323 nt of DNA, from the sequence record BH153102.1; one strand, written 5' to 3'. The notes under the pieces are model-generated. The model did not search any database and was not told where the DNA came from. It worked only from the letters and a program-made list of their open reading frames with translations. This DNA is from a phage. A program made the position numbers and the translations under genes. Of this stretch, positions 1-323 are shown piece after piece (the first letter of the stretch is position 1; each line of letters begins with the position of its first letter).

Positions 1-27
1 TTTAGAACATAGAAAATGTATCTTTGG

Positions 28-38
28 TTAATTATTAA
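28..38. repeat. Perfect 11-bp AT-only palindrome TTAAT-t-ATTAA
   Basis: TTAAT at 28-32 is the reverse complement of ATTAA at 34-38. It lies where a -35 region or upstream regulator site would be for the 61-69 element. Because it is pure A/T in an AT-rich stretch, a chance occurrence is quite plausible. Confidence 0.2.
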
Positions 39-60
39 TCACTACATATTGTAACACAAA

Positions 61-69
61 TGTTATACT
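61..69 (+). promoter_or_regulatory. Extended -10-like promoter element, TGtTATACT
   Basis: TG at 61-62, one spacer base, then TATACT at 64-69 (5/6 match to TATAAT). There is no good -35 at 16-18 bp spacing: 41-46 actaca is 3/6 to TTGACA. TTGTAA at 49-54 is only 9 bp away and so is not a partner. Extended -10 promoters are known to tolerate weak -35 elements. Predicted start site would be around 75-78. Confidence 0.35.
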
Positions 70-79
70 CCGTAGGAGT
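67..79. repeat. Inverted repeat ACTCC-gta-GGAGT (5-bp arms, 3-bp spacer)
   Basis: Positions 67-71 (ACTCC) are the exact reverse complement of 75-79 (GGAGT). The repeat overlaps the 3' end of the -10-like element and the predicted start site. It could be a small operator or a short 5-bp hairpin in the transcript. Confidence 0.3.
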
Positions 80-86
80 TCGCGAA
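79..86. repeat. Perfect 8-bp palindrome TTCGCGAA
   Basis: Self-complementary 8-mer, GC-rich in its core within an AT-rich region, directly abutting the 67-79 inverted repeat. It cannot fold as a hairpin because the loop would be 2 nt, so if functional it is more likely a dimeric protein-binding site. Confidence 0.3.
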
Positions 87-106
87 GCATATCCTTTTGT
101 GTAGTT

Positions 107-133
107 TTTACATGTATGATTAAACGTTATGAT
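107..133 (+). promoter_or_regulatory. Alternative sigma70-like promoter candidate: TTTACA (107-112), 15-bp spacer, TATGAT (128-133)
   Basis: The -35-like hexamer is 5/6 to TTGACA and the -10-like hexamer is 5/6 to TATAAT, but the 15-bp spacer is suboptimal. A second TATGAT at 115-120 has no usable -35. If this promoter is active, the start site would be about 140-141, immediately before GTG 142. Confidence 0.2.
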
Positions 134-141
134 CTCCCCGC

Positions 142-246
142 GTGACTCGAAAAGATGTTAATGCTTGTGTTATCAAGATTGTAGAGAATCAGGATAAACT
201 GACGAAAGACCAGATTGTTGACTTACTGAAAGAGATTATTCTATGA
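142..246 (+). CDS. Candidate small ORF (34 aa from GTG: VTRKDVNACVIKIVENQDKLTKDQIVDLLKEIIL), stop overlapping the downstream start; may instead be untranslated leader
   Basis: Frame is open from 133 to the TGA at 244-246, bounded upstream by TGA at 130-132. The only canonical start in frame is GTG at 142-144; there is no in-frame ATG and no Shine-Dalgarno in 128-141 (tatgatctccccgc). The stop overlaps the downstream ATG as ATGA (243-246), a common translational-coupling arrangement. The C-terminal segment DQIVDLLKEIIL looks protein-like, but the ORF is too short for composition to be decisive. Confidence 0.25.
   Translation: MTRKDVNACVIKIVENQDKLTKDQIVDLLKEIIL
229..234 (+). promoter_or_regulatory. 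Putative ribosome-binding site (AAAGAG) for the CDS starting at 243
   Basis: Purine-rich GAG core 8 nt upstream of ATG 243. It is an imperfect match to AGGAGG. Confidence 0.4.
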
Positions 247-323
247 TTGGATTTAAACAGTTTGTTGAAGAAAATAAACTCAAAGAAGATATGACCGCTG
301 GCGTGCTGGCGGCAATCCTGAGA
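243..323 (+). CDS. 5' end of a protein-coding gene of unknown function (partial, continues beyond window). N-terminus MIGFKQFVEENKLKEDMTAGVLAAILR...
   Basis: ATG at 243-245 opens a frame with no stop through 323 (27 codons). The same frame has a TGA at 219-221, so 243 is the first possible ATG. A purine-rich AAAGAG at 229-234 sits 8 nt upstream, which is Shine-Dalgarno-like spacing. The peptide has a charged K/E-rich start followed by a hydrophobic run. An in-frame ATG at 291 is an alternative start, but the nearest purine run (AAGAAG, 283-288) is only 2 nt away. Confidence 0.6.
   Translation, partial: MIGFKQFVEENKLKEDMTAGVLAAILR

Noticed and set aside
1-12. Possible 3' end of an upstream plus-strand gene (stop TAG at 3-5 or 10-12)
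   Set aside because: Only 1-3 codons would lie inside the window, so this cannot be supported or excluded.
49-69. TTGTAA (49-54) as the -35 partner of TATACT (64-69)
   Set aside because: The spacer is only 9 bp, incompatible with the roughly 17 bp needed for a sigma70 -35/-10 pair. The -10 is better explained as an extended -10 with a weak -35.
67-110. Possible Rho-independent terminator: the 67-79 hairpin followed by T-rich stretches at 95-98 and 105-109
   Set aside because: The stem is only 5 bp with a 3-nt loop and is separated from the T-runs by more than 15 nt, including the TTCGCGAA palindrome. There is no GC-rich stem immediately followed by a U-tract.
155-184. Nine-codon plus-strand uORF ATG-TTA-ATG-CTT-GTG-TTA-TCA-AGA-TTG-TAG (MLMLVLSRL), a possible leader peptide
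   Set aside because: There is no convincing Shine-Dalgarno; the nearest purine run, AAAAG at 150-154, is directly adjacent to the ATG with no spacer. Short ATG-initiated frames of this length are expected by chance in AT-rich DNA. It was not ranked as a finding, but ribosome profiling would settle it.
192-323. Minus-strand open frame running from the right edge of the window down to a TGA (plus-strand tca at 189-191), 44 codons with no ATG inside the window
   Set aside because: Its translation (...SQDCRQHASGHIFFEFIFFNKLFKSNHRIISFSKSTIWSFVSLS) is F- and S-rich and low in complexity, which is typical of the antisense of a K/E-rich coding frame. The plus-strand frame over the same bases has a proper ATG, a Shine-Dalgarno-like element and a plausible peptide. 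I cannot fully exclude a convergent gene ending here without sequence beyond 323.
1-323. Checked for tRNA or rRNA genes, CRISPR repeats, and insertion-sequence or transposon terminal inverted repeats
   Set aside because: There are no direct repeats of 20 bp or more, no cloverleaf-compatible helices, and no long terminal inverted repeats. The only repeats are short ones (TATGAT twice, AGATTGT twice, and 6-13 bp palindromes), which are consistent with chance or with promoter/operator elements.

Overview
This 323-bp window reads as an AT-rich intergenic/promoter region (about 1-140) followed by the 5' end of a plus-strand gene that runs off the right edge (ATG at 243, continuing past 323). Overall GC is about 35% by hand count, and about 23% in the first 70 bp. 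Between them lies a 114-nt open frame (133-246) whose TGA overlaps the downstream ATG in an ATGA junction; it has no in-frame ATG and no Shine-Dalgarno, so it may be a small coupled ORF or simply 5' UTR. The upstream region carries an extended -10-like element (TGtTATACT, 61-69) and three short perfect inverted repeats that could be operator sites. I see no rRNA, tRNA, CRISPR repeat, mobile-element end or intrinsic terminator. I could not recognise either peptide from memory, so no gene symbols or functions are assigned; all calls rest on manual reading of the sequence and none has been checked against a database.
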